Assembly: GCA_039798785.1 (NCBI GenBank)
Contig: JBDKFG010000021.1
Span: forward strand, 10,423-74,422
Reading direction: 5' to 3'
Length of the DNA stretch: 64,000 bases
Origin: Verrucomicrobiota bacterium
Lineage (GTDB): Bacteria > Verrucomicrobiota > Lentisphaeria > Lentisphaerales > Lentisphaeraceae
The translations under genes were made by a program, and so were the position numbers. The notes under the pieces are model-generated. The model did no database searches. It worked only from the letters and a program-made list of their open reading frames with translations, and was not told where the DNA came from. Of this stretch, positions 37,385-47,576 are shown in pieces. How positions within the stretch are numbered: the stretch's first letter is position 1; each line of letters begins with the position of its first letter.

Positions 37385-40300
37385 ATGAGATTCCTGTTTC
37401 TGCCCGCGCTGCTCCAGCTTGCCCTCGCCGCTTCAGTGCAGGCGGAGAACGAGCAGGCCCCCTTCGACGAGGACTTCGTCCGCCACCGCGAAGCGGCTCT
37501 GAAGCGTCTCAGCCCGGGGACGGACGAGGCCTTCTTCTACCGGGTCCTGGAAGCGCAGATGCGCGGCGACCTGACCCGCTCCGCCACGCTCCTTGAGGAA
37601 TGGGAGAAACGGGAGAGTTCAGATGCCCGCGTGGCGAAGATGAAGGACCGCCAGCTTCTGCTCGTCTACGCCCGCGATCCGAAGAAAGGCCGTGCCGCCC
37701 TGCAGGAGCGTTTGGAGCTGAATTTCGACCATGAACGCCCCGAGCCGGCGACTGCCGCTGTCGCGCCTCCCGGAGGGGCGGCGAAACCCTGCGCAGCGGC
37801 CGAGCCGGCCTCCGGCAAGAGCGAGGGGCTTCCGGTCGATTTCTGGAATCGCGACAAGGCCCTTGATGCGATGAAGGAAAACTATGCGGAAAGCCTCGCC
37901 CAGAATCATCTGCCACTGCTGGCCGGCAGGAAGCTCGGCGACAAGGATCGCACCTGGCTCCTGCAGCAGCTCGCCTTCTGCCGCCGCAGCGACTTCCCCG
38001 GCCTGCTCAATCTCATCGCCGAGGACATGGCCGCCAAGCCGGAGCTGAAGCAAGAAAGGACGGATCACTTCGGCTGCCGCGCCATCGACCTGCAACTCAG
38101 CTCGGCGCAGCTCATCGAGCTCGGCCGACTGCGTCCCGAACTCCAGGATGACCGCGCCTGGGCCGCCGCCGTGGTGCGGCACCAGCTGGCGGCGGGCGGG
38201 TCGGGGGCGGAACATGTCGCGGCGGTGGAGAAGGCCCTGGCTTTCGCCCGCCCCCTGCCAGACTCCCAGAACAACCTGAAGGCCTCGCTGCTGCTCGAGC
38301 TGATCCTCTGCCGCGAACGCCGCGGCGAGACCTCGGCGGAACTTCTGGAGGAATACCTGGCCCTGCCGCGACCCGGAGTCTGGAACCTGAAGAAGGCCGA
38401 GAGGTCCGCCTGGCAGGTGAACGCGGATGAAAACGTCTGCGACCTGCCCTCGCCGTCGCGATACGAGGACGCCCTGATCCGCCGCCAATTGCTGCAGCTC
38501 TTTGCGGCGGGCGCAAAAACAGGCGTCTCCGATCCCCGTCGCGATCCCGCCGCCCAGCGCTTTCTCAAGCACATCGAGCTGGAGCAGCTGCTGCCTCTCT
38601 ACGCCGAAGCCCGCCTCGGCGGCGGCTGTCCGGACCCCGACGCGGCAGCGAAGCTGCTGGACCATGCCGCGCTCAAGACCCTGGAGGAACGGGTGCTCCT
38701 CGAGCTCCTGCCGGACAACCCCGCCGAGATCGCCGCCCGGGCAGTGCCGGAACTTCACCTGGTGGTGCGCAACGCCCCCGAGCTGCTGATGCGCATCTAC
38801 AAGCTCGACGCCGCCGCCTGCTGCCGCACCGGAGCGGATTCCCGCATCGATCTCGAAGGCCTGCAGCCGGCCTCGCAGAAGTCGGTCAAGCTCGACCCCA
38901 AGCCCATGCTCCGCCAGGAACTTCGCCTCAAGCTCGACGAGATCGAGGAGCCGGGGCTCTACGCCGTCGACCTGATCGCCGGCGACGCCAAGTCGCGCGC
39001 CTTCATCCGCAAGGGAAGCCTGGGCGGCTTCGTGCGCGATTCCGCCGCCGGGCAGACGCTCAGCGTCTTCGACGACGAGGGGCTGCCGGTGGCCGGCGCC
39101 GTCGTCGAGCTGGGCGAGGTCGAGTTCCTCACCGACGCCCAGGGGCAGGCGAGCCTCCCTTTCCTCACCGGCGCCGCCCAGACGGGCGAGGCCGAAGTGC
39201 TGATCCGCAAGGGGCCGCTCGCCACCCGCTTGAAGCTCGAGCGCCACGCCGAAAGCCCCGAGCTCAAGGGAAGTTTCGATCTCCCCGGCACTCTCATCCC
39301 CGGTCGCGCCAATCCGCTGCTTTTCAGCGCCCGTCTCGAGGTCAACGGCGCCGCTGCCGATCTCAGCCTGCTGAAAAACCTCAAGCTCCGGATCATCGAA
39401 GGCCCGAAAGACGGGGAGCGCAGCCGCCTCCTCGAATGCCCCGGCTTCGATGCACGCGGCCAGCTCGCCCTGCAAATCCCCCTGCCCGCCGACTTCACCA
39501 CCGCCCGCGTCGAAGTGAGCGGCGAGTACAGCCTGCTCGACGGCGCCCGCAAGATCCTCAGCGCCTCCGTCACTCTCAATCATTCCGGCGAGCGCCAGTC
39601 GATCCACGCCCTCGCCTTCCGCCGCGACGGCGAACGGGTCCTGCTCGAGATGCGGGGCGCCAATGGCGAAGCCTGCCCGGGAGAAAGGATCGAGCTGGAG
39701 TTCTCCGGCATCCCCTGGTCGCGACGGGAGCTCAGACTGCACACCGACGCCCAGGGGCTCGTCGATCTCGGCGTCCTGCCGCCCCATCTCGCCGTCCGCG
39801 CCAGCTGGGGCCGGGTGGAGGCGGGCTATCTCAGCCGTCCCGCCCAGACCTGCAGCTACCCGAACGAACGCCACCTTCTCGAGGGCGAGGACTTGCAGCT
39901 GCCCTTGCCGGAAGGCTGCGAATGGAAGCCGGCGCTCTTCCGCGTCGCCGAGGGCCTCGTCCTTGAGGATCTCAGCCCTGTCCTCAAGATCGAAGGGGCG
40001 CAGCTGAGAATTTCCGGCCTGCCTCCCGGCGACTACGAGTTCCACCCCGGGACCCTGCAGACGATGAAGCTGAAGATCCACCCGGGCCGGCGCCACGGCC
40101 AGCTGATCGCCTCTTCCCGAGGCTGCACTCGCAGCCCCGCGCCGGCCGCCCTGCCGCAGCTGATCTCCTTCCGGATCGAGGGCGAGGCCCTGGTCCTGCA
40201 GTGCCAGGGGCCCGCCCGGCCCATCCGCATCGGCGCCGGCTGGGAGTCGACGCCGCTGTCCCTGCCGGACTGGCCGCAGTCGCTGTCGACGGGCTTCCCA

Positions 40301-43300
40301 GCGGCGCTGTCTGAATATCGCGATGGCGGCCATGTGGACGAAGAGCAGCTCTACATCTTCGAGCGCAGCCGCCAGCCGTCCCGTCCCGGCGTCATGCTCG
40401 CCCGCCCCGGACTGCTGCTCAACCCACGTCAGATCGAGGATCTTGCCGAAGGGGACACCCCCCTCATTTCACGCTTCGGCGGCAGGGCCTGCTGCGGCCG
40501 GGCAGGAATGGTCAGCCGCTACGGCGGCAACGCCCGCGTCTCGCGTCCCCTGCTGCCGCCCTCGCGGGGCAGCTGTCCTCTCGCCTATGCGGCGGAGACG
40601 CCCTGGCTGCGCGACTTCCTTCCCGATGCCCAGGGGCGCATCCGCATCCCCCTCGCCGAGCTGGGCTCGCGCAACCTGCTGAGCCTCGCCTGTTCCGGTC
40701 CGGACGCCGCGTGGAGCCGCGAGCTGGCCCTGCCGCGCCGCGATCTTCTCCGCCGCGATCTGCGCCTGAAGGCGGGGCTGGATCCGGCGAAGCGCTATGG
40801 CGAGCATCGCGAGCTGCGCCTTGTCGCCGCCGGAGAGGCGGTGCAGATCAGTCCCGTCGGCGGCTCGCGATCGGCGCATTTCGGCAGCCTGCAAGAGCTG
40901 TGGAAGCAGCTCGCCCGGCAGGCCGGACCCGAGCTGGCGGAGTTCGAGCCACTCTTGCGCTGGCCTCAGCTCGACGACACCGCCAAGCTCGAGTTCTATC
41001 GCGGCCACGCCTGCCACGAAGTCCACTTCTTCCTCTCCCGCCGCGACCACGAATTCTTCGCCAAGCACATCCGCCCCTTCCTCGCCAACCTCCTCCATCC
41101 CGACTTCGTCGACCAGGCCCTCCTCGGCGCCGATTTGCGCCCCTGGCTCGCCCCCGAGAGCTTCGCCCGGCTCAATCCCTTCGAGAAGGGACTGCTGGCC
41201 CGATCCCTCAAGGACCCAGGTCTGAAGCGCCTGCTGCAGGAGGAGCGGAGCGACTCCACCGACCTGTTCGACCAGGACGAGTTCTTCCAGGGCCTGCTGA
41301 GCCGCGCCGAGACCATCGAAGCGTCCTCCGATCCTGTGCCTCCTCCTCCGCCCCCTCCGCCGCCTGACATCCCGCCCCAGGTTCCGGACGAGGCCGAAAA
41401 CGAGTTGAAGAAGGATCTGGCCCAGCGACTGGCGGGCGGTCCCAGGCTCTATGCCGAGCCCGGCCCGGTGCGCCCCTGGATCGAGGCCGGCTACTGGAGG
41501 CGACTCGAGCGCCACAGCGGGATCAACAGCGCCGAGGCCCTGTGGATCGACTACGCCGCCGCCGAGGAGGGCAAACCCTTCTTTTCCCCGGGGCTGCTCA
41601 GTTGCGGCGACTGCAACTCGGCCCTCCTCGCCCTCGCCGTTTCCGACCTGCCCTTCGAGGCGCCGCAGCCGCATATCCATGAAGACCTCCTGACGCCGGC
41701 TTCGCCCCTGATCTTCGCGCAATCCGCACTGCGCGTCGACGACAGGCCGGCCCAGGAATTCCCCGTCCTGGTCAGCTATGCCACCGTCGACGGAAACGAG
41801 CGCCGCCCCCATCAAGGCTCCTTCGCCCGCGGCATCGTCTACGCCGCCAAGGTGCGGGTCAACAACCTGAGTGAAGAGGCGGCCAAGCTCAGCCTGCTGA
41901 TGCAGATCCCGGCCGGCGCCCTCGCCCTCGGCGAAGCCACGTCCCTTGAGGCCCTCGAGATCCCCGCATTTTCAAGCGCACAACGGGAAATCCTCTTCTA
42001 CTTCCCCGAGGCCGGCGACTTCCACGGCGTCCACGCCGAAGTCAGCCGCGCCGGCAAGGTGATAGGCTACAGCGAGCCGCCCCGCCTGCAGGCCCTGGAA
42101 ACGGCGCCGCCCGCGCCTCTCGACACCTGGAGCCGCATCGCCGAGGCCGGCAGCCCGGAGCAGATCCTGCAGTGGCTGCGCGACAAGCCGCTCAAGGGCG
42201 AGGACCTCTCCCTCTGCGCCCACCTGATGAAGGAGCGCAAGCACTATCTCCAGGTGCTGGAAATCCTGCGCCTGCGCCATCGCTTCGATTCCGTCCTGTG
42301 GAGCTACTCCCTCTTCCACGACGACTTCCCGGCCCTCGGCGAATTCCTCGCCTCCGGCCCCCTGGCCGAGGCCGCCGCGCCCTTCTTCAGCTCGGAGATC
42401 CTCAAGGTCGATGCGATGCGCTCGGGCGACTACCGGCACCGCGACTTCCTGCCCTTGATCCATCCCCGCAGCTTCGGCAAGAAACGCCTCGCCGACGAGG
42501 GTCTGCGCAAGCAGTACCAGGAGCTTCTCGAAGTGCTGCGGTACAAACCCGAGCTCAACGCCGAGGACCACCTCGAGCTCGCCTACTACCTGCTCCTCCA
42601 GGACCGCTTCACCGAAGCGGCCGAGGAGCTCGCCCTCGCCCCCCGCTTCAAGCTCTCGGCCAGGATCCAGCGCGACGCCCTCGAGTGCTACCTCCTCTTC
42701 GCCCAGGAGAAGCCGCAGGAGGCCGCCAAGATCGCCGCCGCCTACGAGCACTACGCCATCCCCCATTGGCGCGAGCACTTTGCCGAAGTCACGCGCCAGG
42801 CCGCCGAGATCGCCAGCGGCGCCACCCTCGCCGGCGACAAGGATCCGGCGCCCCTCGCCCCCGCCCTCAGCTGCGAGCTTCGCGCCGGAGTGCTCCGCGC
42901 CGACACCGCCAATCTCAAGGAGCTCAGGATCGAAGCGCACCCCGTCGACGTCGAGACCCTCTTCTCCCGCACTCCCTTCCAGCTTCTCGGAAGCCTGGGC
43001 GGCGGCGCCCCCCTGACCGCGCCCGCCGCCGTCTTCAGCGCCAGCCCCGACGCCCAGGGCAAGCTCAGCTTCGCGCTGCCGGAAAAATGGAGCCAGGTGC
43101 CCCTGCTCCTCCAGGTCAGCGGCGGCGGACGCCGCGAAACCCTCAGCCAGCTGCCGCATTCCTTCAGCACCCGCCTCGCCGCCTCGCAGGGACAGCTCCA
43201 GGTGCTCGACGCCGCCGGCAAGGGCCTGGGCAAGGTCTACGTCAAGGTCTACGCCCGCCGCGGCGGCCAGGCAGTCTTCCACAAGGACGGCTTCACCGAC

Positions 43301-43426
43301 CTGCGCGGCCGCTTCGACTACGCCTCCCTCAACACCAGTCTCGAAGGCATCGACGCCTTCGCCATTCTCGTCCTCGGCGGCAAGGAGGGCGCCGCAGTAC
43401 TCGAGGCCAAGCCGCCGCAGAGGTGA
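37385..43426 (+). CDS. Giant (~2013 aa) secreted protein of unknown function (helical repeats plus Ig/MG-like beta domains)
   Basis: Signal peptide MRFLFLPALLQLALAASVQA; poly-Pro linker; TPR-like segment; C-terminal VYVKVYAR..FHKDGFTDLRGRFDYASL. Confidence 0.8.
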   Translation: MRFLFLPALLQLALAASVQAENEQAPFDEDFVRHREAALKRLSPGTDEAFFYRVLEAQMRGDLTRSATLLEEWEKRESSDARVAKMKDRQLLLVYARDPKKGRAALQERLELNFDHERPEPATAAVAPPGGAAKPCAAAEPASGKSEGLPVDFWNRDKALDAMKENYAESLAQNHLPLLAGRKLGDKDRTWLLQQLAFCRRSDFPGLLNLIAEDMAAKPELKQERTDHFGCRAIDLQLSSAQLIELGRLRPELQDDRAWAAAVVRHQLAAGGSGAEHVAAVEKALAFARPLPDSQNNLKASLLLELILCRERRGETSAELLEEYLALPRPGVWNLKKAERSAWQVNADENVCDLPSPSRYEDALIRRQLLQLFAAGAKTGVSDPRRDPAAQRFLKHIELEQLLPLYAEARLGGGCPDPDAAAKLLDHAALKTLEERVLLELLPDNPAEIAARAVPELHLVVRNAPELLMRIYKLDAAACCRTGADSRIDLEGLQPASQKSVKLDPKPMLRQELRLKLDEIEEPGLYAVDLIAGDAKSRAFIRKGSLGGFVRDSAAGQTLSVFDDEGLPVAGAVVELGEVEFLTDAQGQASLPFLTGAAQTGEAEVLIRKGPLATRLKLERHAESPELKGSFDLPGTLIPGRANPLLFSARLEVNGAAADLSLLKNLKLRIIEGPKDGERSRLLECPGFDARGQLALQIPLPADFTTARVEVSGEYSLLDGARKILSASVTLNHSGERQSIHALAFRRDGERVLLEMRGANGEACPGERIELEFSGIPWSRRELRLHTDAQGLVDLGVLPPHLAVRASWGRVEAGYLSRPAQTCSYPNERHLLEGEDLQLPLPEGCEWKPALFRVAEGLVLEDLSPVLKIEGAQLRISGLPPGDYEFHPGTLQTMKLKIHPGRRHGQLIASSRGCTRSPAPAALPQLISFRIEGEALVLQCQGPARPIRIGAGWESTPLSLPDWPQSLSTGFPAALSEYRDGGHVDEEQLYIFERSRQPSRPGVMLARPGLLLNPRQIEDLAEGDTPLISRFGGRACCGRAGMVSRYGGNARVSRPLLPPSRGSCPLAYAAETPWLRDFLPDAQGRIRIPLAELGSRNLLSLACSGPDAAWSRELALPRRDLLRRDLRLKAGLDPAKRYGEHRELRLVAAGEAVQISPVGGSRSAHFGSLQELWKQLARQAGPELAEFEPLLRWPQLDDTAKLEFYRGHACHEVHFFLSRRDHEFFAKHIRPFLANLLHPDFVDQALLGADLRPWLAPESFARLNPFEKGLLARSLKDPGLKRLLQEERSDSTDLFDQDEFFQGLLSRAETIEASSDPVPPPPPPPPPDIPPQVPDEAENELKKDLAQRLAGGPRLYAEPGPVRPWIEAGYWRRLERHSGINSAEALWIDYAAAEEGKPFFSPGLLSCGDCNSALLALAVSDLPFEAPQPHIHEDLLTPASPLIFAQSALRVDDRPAQEFPVLVSYATVDGNERRPHQGSFARGIVYAAKVRVNNLSEEAAKLSLLMQIPAGALALGEATSLEALEIPAFSSAQREILFYFPEAGDFHGVHAEVSRAGKVIGYSEPPRLQALETAPPAPLDTWSRIAEAGSPEQILQWLRDKPLKGEDLSLCAHLMKERKHYLQVLEILRLRHRFDSVLWSYSLFHDDFPALGEFLASGPLAEAAAPFFSSEILKVDAMRSGDYRHRDFLPLIHPRSFGKKRLADEGLRKQYQELLEVLRYKPELNAEDHLELAYYLLLQDRFTEAAEELALAPRFKLSARIQRDALECYLLFAQEKPQEAAKIAAAYEHYAIPHWREHFAEVTRQAAEIASGATLAGDKDPAPLAPALSCELRAGVLRADTANLKELRIEAHPVDVETLFSRTPFQLLGSLGGGAPLTAPAAVFSASPDAQGKLSFALPEKWSQVPLLLQVSGGGRRETLSQLPHSFSTRLAASQGQLQVLDAAGKGLGKVYVKVYARRGGQAVFHKDGFTDLRGRFDYASLNTSLEGIDAFAILVLGGKEGAAVLEAKPPQR

Positions 43427-43495
43427 ATCGACCTAGTGAATTGGCCAAGGGGGGCTAGATTCCGGTCACCCTTCAGCCAAGCCCGGTGGTCATTC

Positions 43496-46400
43496 ATGAA
43501 TGTGCCCGTCTCCCTGCCCGAATTCCGCGCTGCGGTCATGCGTCTACGTCAACTGGTCGCCGAAGGAGACAGCCGGCTACGCCGTCTTCACGGCGAACGC
43601 GACCGGGCACTGCAAGCCGCCGCCAAGGCGATGTCCGACCGCTGCGACGAAATCCTCGGCCAGGGACAGGAGGAGCTGGCACGCTTCGAAAAGGAGAACG
43701 CCACGCCACGCCGCGAAGCCGCCTTGTCGATGCACCGCCAGCACCTGAAAGATATTCAGAAGACCTTCGAGATCGCCCGCGACCAGGAGCTCCGGCAGAT
43801 CGAGCTGGAAGAGGAGCGCCTGCTCGGCGCCGCCGCCACCGCCCTCCGCGAAGAACGCCTCGAGATCGAAGGGACTGCCGCGGCTCACCGGGCAGGCATC
43901 GCCGAGTACGACAAGGGTCATGCCGAGGCCGGCCAGCTCGCTGCCGAGCTCGAAAGCGGCTTCTGGTCGCCGGTCCTGAAGGCCTGGAAAAAAGAAGCTG
44001 AGGCGCCGTCCGTGCCCGAACCGCTGCCGGAACTGGCGCCGGAGCTGGTCTTCTCCGACCTCGCCGGCCGCGTCTGGCAGATGCGCGAGACGCAAAACCG
44101 TCTCCTCGCCTCGGCCTTCTTCCGCCTCGGCGCCCGCTTCCGTCCCGCCCTCGGCCTCGCCCTGGTGATCTTCGCCGCCGCAGCCCTCGCCATGCTCACC
44201 CCGCTCGCTTCGCTCGGCTTCGTCGTCATCGCCCTGGGCGCCGGCCTGCTCTGGCGCGGCCTCTATGCCGCCCGCGTCGCCGCCCTCGAGCGGGACCGCC
44301 TTGAGCTGCTGCCGCGCCTCGAACGCGCCGGCAGTCTCCTCGGCGCGATGAAGGACGATCTGGAAACCGCCCGTGCGGAAGCTCTTGCCGCCGCCGAGAT
44401 GCGGGTGAAGCAGCGCGAGAACGACAAGCTCAAGGTCCGCCGCGCCGAGGTCAACGCCCGCATCACCCAGCTTGGCGAAGAAGCCGACGGCCGCAGCAAC
44501 GCCGAGCGGCGCCAGCACGACAAGGATCTCGCCGAGATCGAAAGCCACCTGCGCCAGGAAGCCGGCGAGATCGCCAGCTTCTCCGAGCAGCGCCTCGCCT
44601 CGGTCGAAAAAGAGGGCGAAGCCGCCGAGAAGAAGATCAAGGATGAAGCCCAGATCCTGATCTCCGCCGCCGAAACCCAATGGAACGCCGAATGGGAACG
44701 CGCCGTCGCCAGCATCGAAAGCCTGCTCGCCCGCGCCCGCGCCGCGAGCGACGAACACCTGCGTCCCTGGAGAGGCGAAGCCTGGAAGGACTGGTCGCCG
44801 CCCCAGGAAAACACCGGCGCCACCTGCGCCGGCTACCTTGAAGTCGACCTCGCCACCGAAATGGCCTTCAAGGACGACACTCCCCTGCAACGGGTCCGCG
44901 ACGTCCCCGCCTCGCTCCCGGCCTGTCTCGCCTTCCCGGAACTGCCCTCCCTGGTCGTCGCCACCCGCAACGAAGGACGCACGGAAGCCTCCGACCTGGT
45001 GCGCAGCACCCTGCTGCGGATGCTCGCCTCCTTCCCCGCCGGCAAGGCCGGACTGGTTCTCATCGACCCGGTCGGCCTCGGCGAAAGCTTCGCGCCCTTC
45101 CTCCGCCTCGCCGACGGCCGCGACGACCTCCTCGGCGGCGGCGTCGCCACCGATTCCCGCGCCATCGACCGCCGTCTCGACGATCTCGCGGCCCATGTCG
45201 AGACGGTGATCCAGAAATACCTGCGCGACGAATACGCCACCCTCGCCGAGTACAATCTCGCCGCCGGCCCCACCGCCGTCGCCTGCCGCTTCGTCGCCAT
45301 CGCCGACTTCCCGGCCGGCTTCTCCGACCAGGCCCTCGAGCGCCTCGTGTCCCTGGCCCGCTCCGGGCCGCGCTGCGGCATCTCGCTGCTCATCCACTGG
45401 GACCGCTCCCGTCCCTTGCCGGAGAAATACCCGATGGAGGAGATTCTCGGCAAGGCCCTGGTTTTGGAGCGTCTGCAAGGTGATTTCAGCCCCGCCAACG
45501 GCCTCGGCTTCCTCAATCCCCGATTCCTTGCCGAGGAGCCTGTGCCCGCCGCCCTCGCCAGCTCGATCATCGACCGCATCGCCGCCGGCGCCCGCGGCGG
45601 CTCCCAGGTGCGCCTCCCCTTCGCCCGCATCAGTCCGGCCCAGCCCTGGCAGGAATCCAGCGCCCGCGAGCTGCGCTCCCCTCTCGGCCTCAGCGGCGCC
45701 AAGCCGATGGAGATGGTGCTCGGCCACGGCACCTCTCAGCACATGCTGGTCGCCGGCAAGACCGGCTCGGGCAAGTCGACCCTGCTGCACGCCCTGGTCA
45801 TCGGACTCTGCCTGCGCCTGCCGCCGTCGGAACTCGAGCTCTATCTGGTCGACTTCAAGAAAGGGGTCGAATTCAAGACCTACGCCCGCTGCGGCCTGCC
45901 GCACGCCCGGGTGGTGGCGATCGAATCGGAGCGGGAGTTCGGCATCAGCGTCCTGCGCGGCCTCGATGCCGAGCTCGACCGCCGCGGCCGCATCTTCCGC
46001 GAAGCCGGCGTCGCCGACATGCCGAGCTACCGCAGCGGAGGCCGCAGCCTGCCGCGCCAGCTCCTCGTCGTCGACGAATTCCAGGAGCTCTTCTCCGAGG
46101 AGGACCGCCTCGCCCAGGAAGCCTCTCTCCTCCTCGACCGCCTCGTCCGCCAGGGCCGCGCCTTCGGCGTCCATGTCATCCTCGCCTCACAAACCCTCGC
46201 CGGCTCCTACTCCCTGCCCCGCGCCACTCTCGGCCAGATGGCGGTGCGCGTCGCCCTGATGTGCTCCGAAGCCGACTCGATGCTCATCCTCGCCGAGGAC
46301 AACAGCGCCGCCCGGCTCCTCGACCGCCCCGGCGAAGCGATTTATAACGAGGCCGCGGGACGCCCCGAATCGAACACCCCCTTCCAGGCCGCCTGGATCT

Positions 46401-47302
46401 CCGAAGCCGAACGAGAGGGCGCAGTCGTCAAGATGGCCGCTTTGGCGCGTGAGCGGAACCTCATCTGTCCCGAAACCGTCGTCTTCGAAGGCGGCAGCCC
46501 GGGCGAACTCGGCCGCAACCGCGAACTCCGCGAAATGCCCCGCGCCCCCGCCGCGCCGCGCTCGCCCCTCGCTCTCCACCTCGGCGAGCCCAACGCCATC
46601 CGCCCCCACGTCCGCGCCAGCCTCGCCCGCCAGGCCGGCGGCAACCTGCTGATCGCCGGCCAGGACGAGGAGATGCTGCTGCGGCTCCAATGCGGCCTGC
46701 TCTGCTCGCTCGCCGCCCGGCATCGCGCCGAGCCGCTGGAGCTGGTGCTGCTCGACGCCGAATCGCCGGAATGTCCCCACCCGGGCCTGCTCGGCGACCT
46801 GGCCCGCCGCTTCGGCTTCGCCGCCCGCGAAGCCCGCCACACCGCCGCCGAGATCGCCCGCCTCCATGGCGAGATGCTGCGCCGCCGCGACGCCGAGGGC
46901 CAGTCGCCGCGCCTCGTCCTGGCGGTCAACGGCCTGCAGCGCTTCCGGCTCTTGCGCCAAGACGACGACCTCATCCCCTCCGACGACGCCCCGCCCACCG
47001 CCCGCCAGTTCGGAGAGCTGCTCGCCGGAGGCCCTGAAGTCGGCATTCACATCGTCGTCACCCTCGACACCTTCAGCAGCTTCACCCGCTGGCTCGGGCG
47101 CCGCTCCCTGCGGGAATTCGACCAGCGCGTCCTGCTGCAGATGGCGGCTTCCGACGCCGCCAACCTGGCTGACGGCCCCGAGGCCTCGCGCCTCGGACCA
47201 GCCAACGCCCTGCTCCACTCCGACCAGAAGGCCGGCGGCGGAGAGCGCTTCCGTCCCTATGCCCTGCCGAAAGAGGACTTCCTCGCGACGCTGCTGGCCT
47301 GA
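43496..47302 (+). CDS. FtsK/SpoIIIE-family ATPase, EssC/EccC-like, membrane-anchored
   Basis: Coiled-coil N-terminus, two TM helices, three FtsK-like modules; only the middle one has GKTGSGKST and LVVDEFQ; LVDFKKGVEF, RQGRAFGVH. Confidence 0.85.
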   Translation: MNVPVSLPEFRAAVMRLRQLVAEGDSRLRRLHGERDRALQAAAKAMSDRCDEILGQGQEELARFEKENATPRREAALSMHRQHLKDIQKTFEIARDQELRQIELEEERLLGAAATALREERLEIEGTAAAHRAGIAEYDKGHAEAGQLAAELESGFWSPVLKAWKKEAEAPSVPEPLPELAPELVFSDLAGRVWQMRETQNRLLASAFFRLGARFRPALGLALVIFAAAALAMLTPLASLGFVVIALGAGLLWRGLYAARVAALERDRLELLPRLERAGSLLGAMKDDLETARAEALAAAEMRVKQRENDKLKVRRAEVNARITQLGEEADGRSNAERRQHDKDLAEIESHLRQEAGEIASFSEQRLASVEKEGEAAEKKIKDEAQILISAAETQWNAEWERAVASIESLLARARAASDEHLRPWRGEAWKDWSPPQENTGATCAGYLEVDLATEMAFKDDTPLQRVRDVPASLPACLAFPELPSLVVATRNEGRTEASDLVRSTLLRMLASFPAGKAGLVLIDPVGLGESFAPFLRLADGRDDLLGGGVATDSRAIDRRLDDLAAHVETVIQKYLRDEYATLAEYNLAAGPTAVACRFVAIADFPAGFSDQALERLVSLARSGPRCGISLLIHWDRSRPLPEKYPMEEILGKALVLERLQGDFSPANGLGFLNPRFLAEEPVPAALASSIIDRIAAGARGGSQVRLPFARISPAQPWQESSARELRSPLGLSGAKPMEMVLGHGTSQHMLVAGKTGSGKSTLLHALVIGLCLRLPPSELELYLVDFKKGVEFKTYARCGLPHARVVAIESEREFGISVLRGLDAELDRRGRIFREAGVADMPSYRSGGRSLPRQLLVVDEFQELFSEEDRLAQEASLLLDRLVRQGRAFGVHVILASQTLAGSYSLPRATLGQMAVRVALMCSEADSMLILAEDNSAARLLDRPGEAIYNEAAGRPESNTPFQAAWISEAEREGAVVKMAALARERNLICPETVVFEGGSPGELGRNRELREMPRAPAAPRSPLALHLGEPNAIRPHVRASLARQAGGNLLIAGQDEEMLLRLQCGLLCSLAARHRAEPLELVLLDAESPECPHPGLLGDLARRFGFAAREARHTAAEIARLHGEMLRRRDAEGQSPRLVLAVNGLQRFRLLRQDDDLIPSDDAPPTARQFGELLAGGPEVGIHIVVTLDTFSSFTRWLGRRSLREFDQRVLLQMAASDAANLADGPEASRLGPANALLHSDQKAGGGERFRPYALPKEDFLATLLA

Positions 47303-47403
47303 TCGAGGCGACTGTTTCGACTTTTTCCGGTAGCGCTGGCAAGGTTGGCGGGAGGCGCTAATGTTGGCGGCCCCTGCAACATCACAACATCAAGAGGTCC
47401 ATC

Positions 47404-47520
47404 ATGGGTCAGCAACTCCGCAGCCGCAGCAAGCGCGCCGCCCGTGCCCGCTACATCGAGCGCAAGAAAGAAGGCGTCCGCGCCGCCATCAAGGCCGCCG
47501 CGAAAGCCAAGAAGAAGTGA
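47404..47520 (+). CDS. 38-aa highly basic small protein MGQQLRSRSKRAARARYIERKKEGVRAAIKAAAKAKKK
   Basis: GAGG RBS, host-like codon usage, own terminator; below the ORF-track length cut-off. Confidence 0.7.
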   Translation: MGQQLRSRSKRAARARYIERKKEGVRAAIKAAAKAKKK

Positions 47521-47541
47521 TTCTTCACGACTTCCAGCAGT

Positions 47542-47576
47542 GAAGCCGGTCCTAGCGGGCCGGCTTCCTGCTTTTC
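47542..47576 (+). terminator. Intrinsic terminator
   Basis: GAAGCCGGTC-CTAGC-GGGCCGGCTTC hairpin followed by CTGCTTTT. Confidence 0.6.

Noticed and set aside
41335..41380. C-rich low-complexity tract
   Set aside because: It encodes an in-frame poly-Pro linker of the giant protein with mixed codons
37619..47218. Long antisense ORFs (904, 448, 436, 865, 343 aa) and similar ones elsewhere
   Set aside because: Typical stop-poor antisense frames of high-GC genes, with no recognisable motifs
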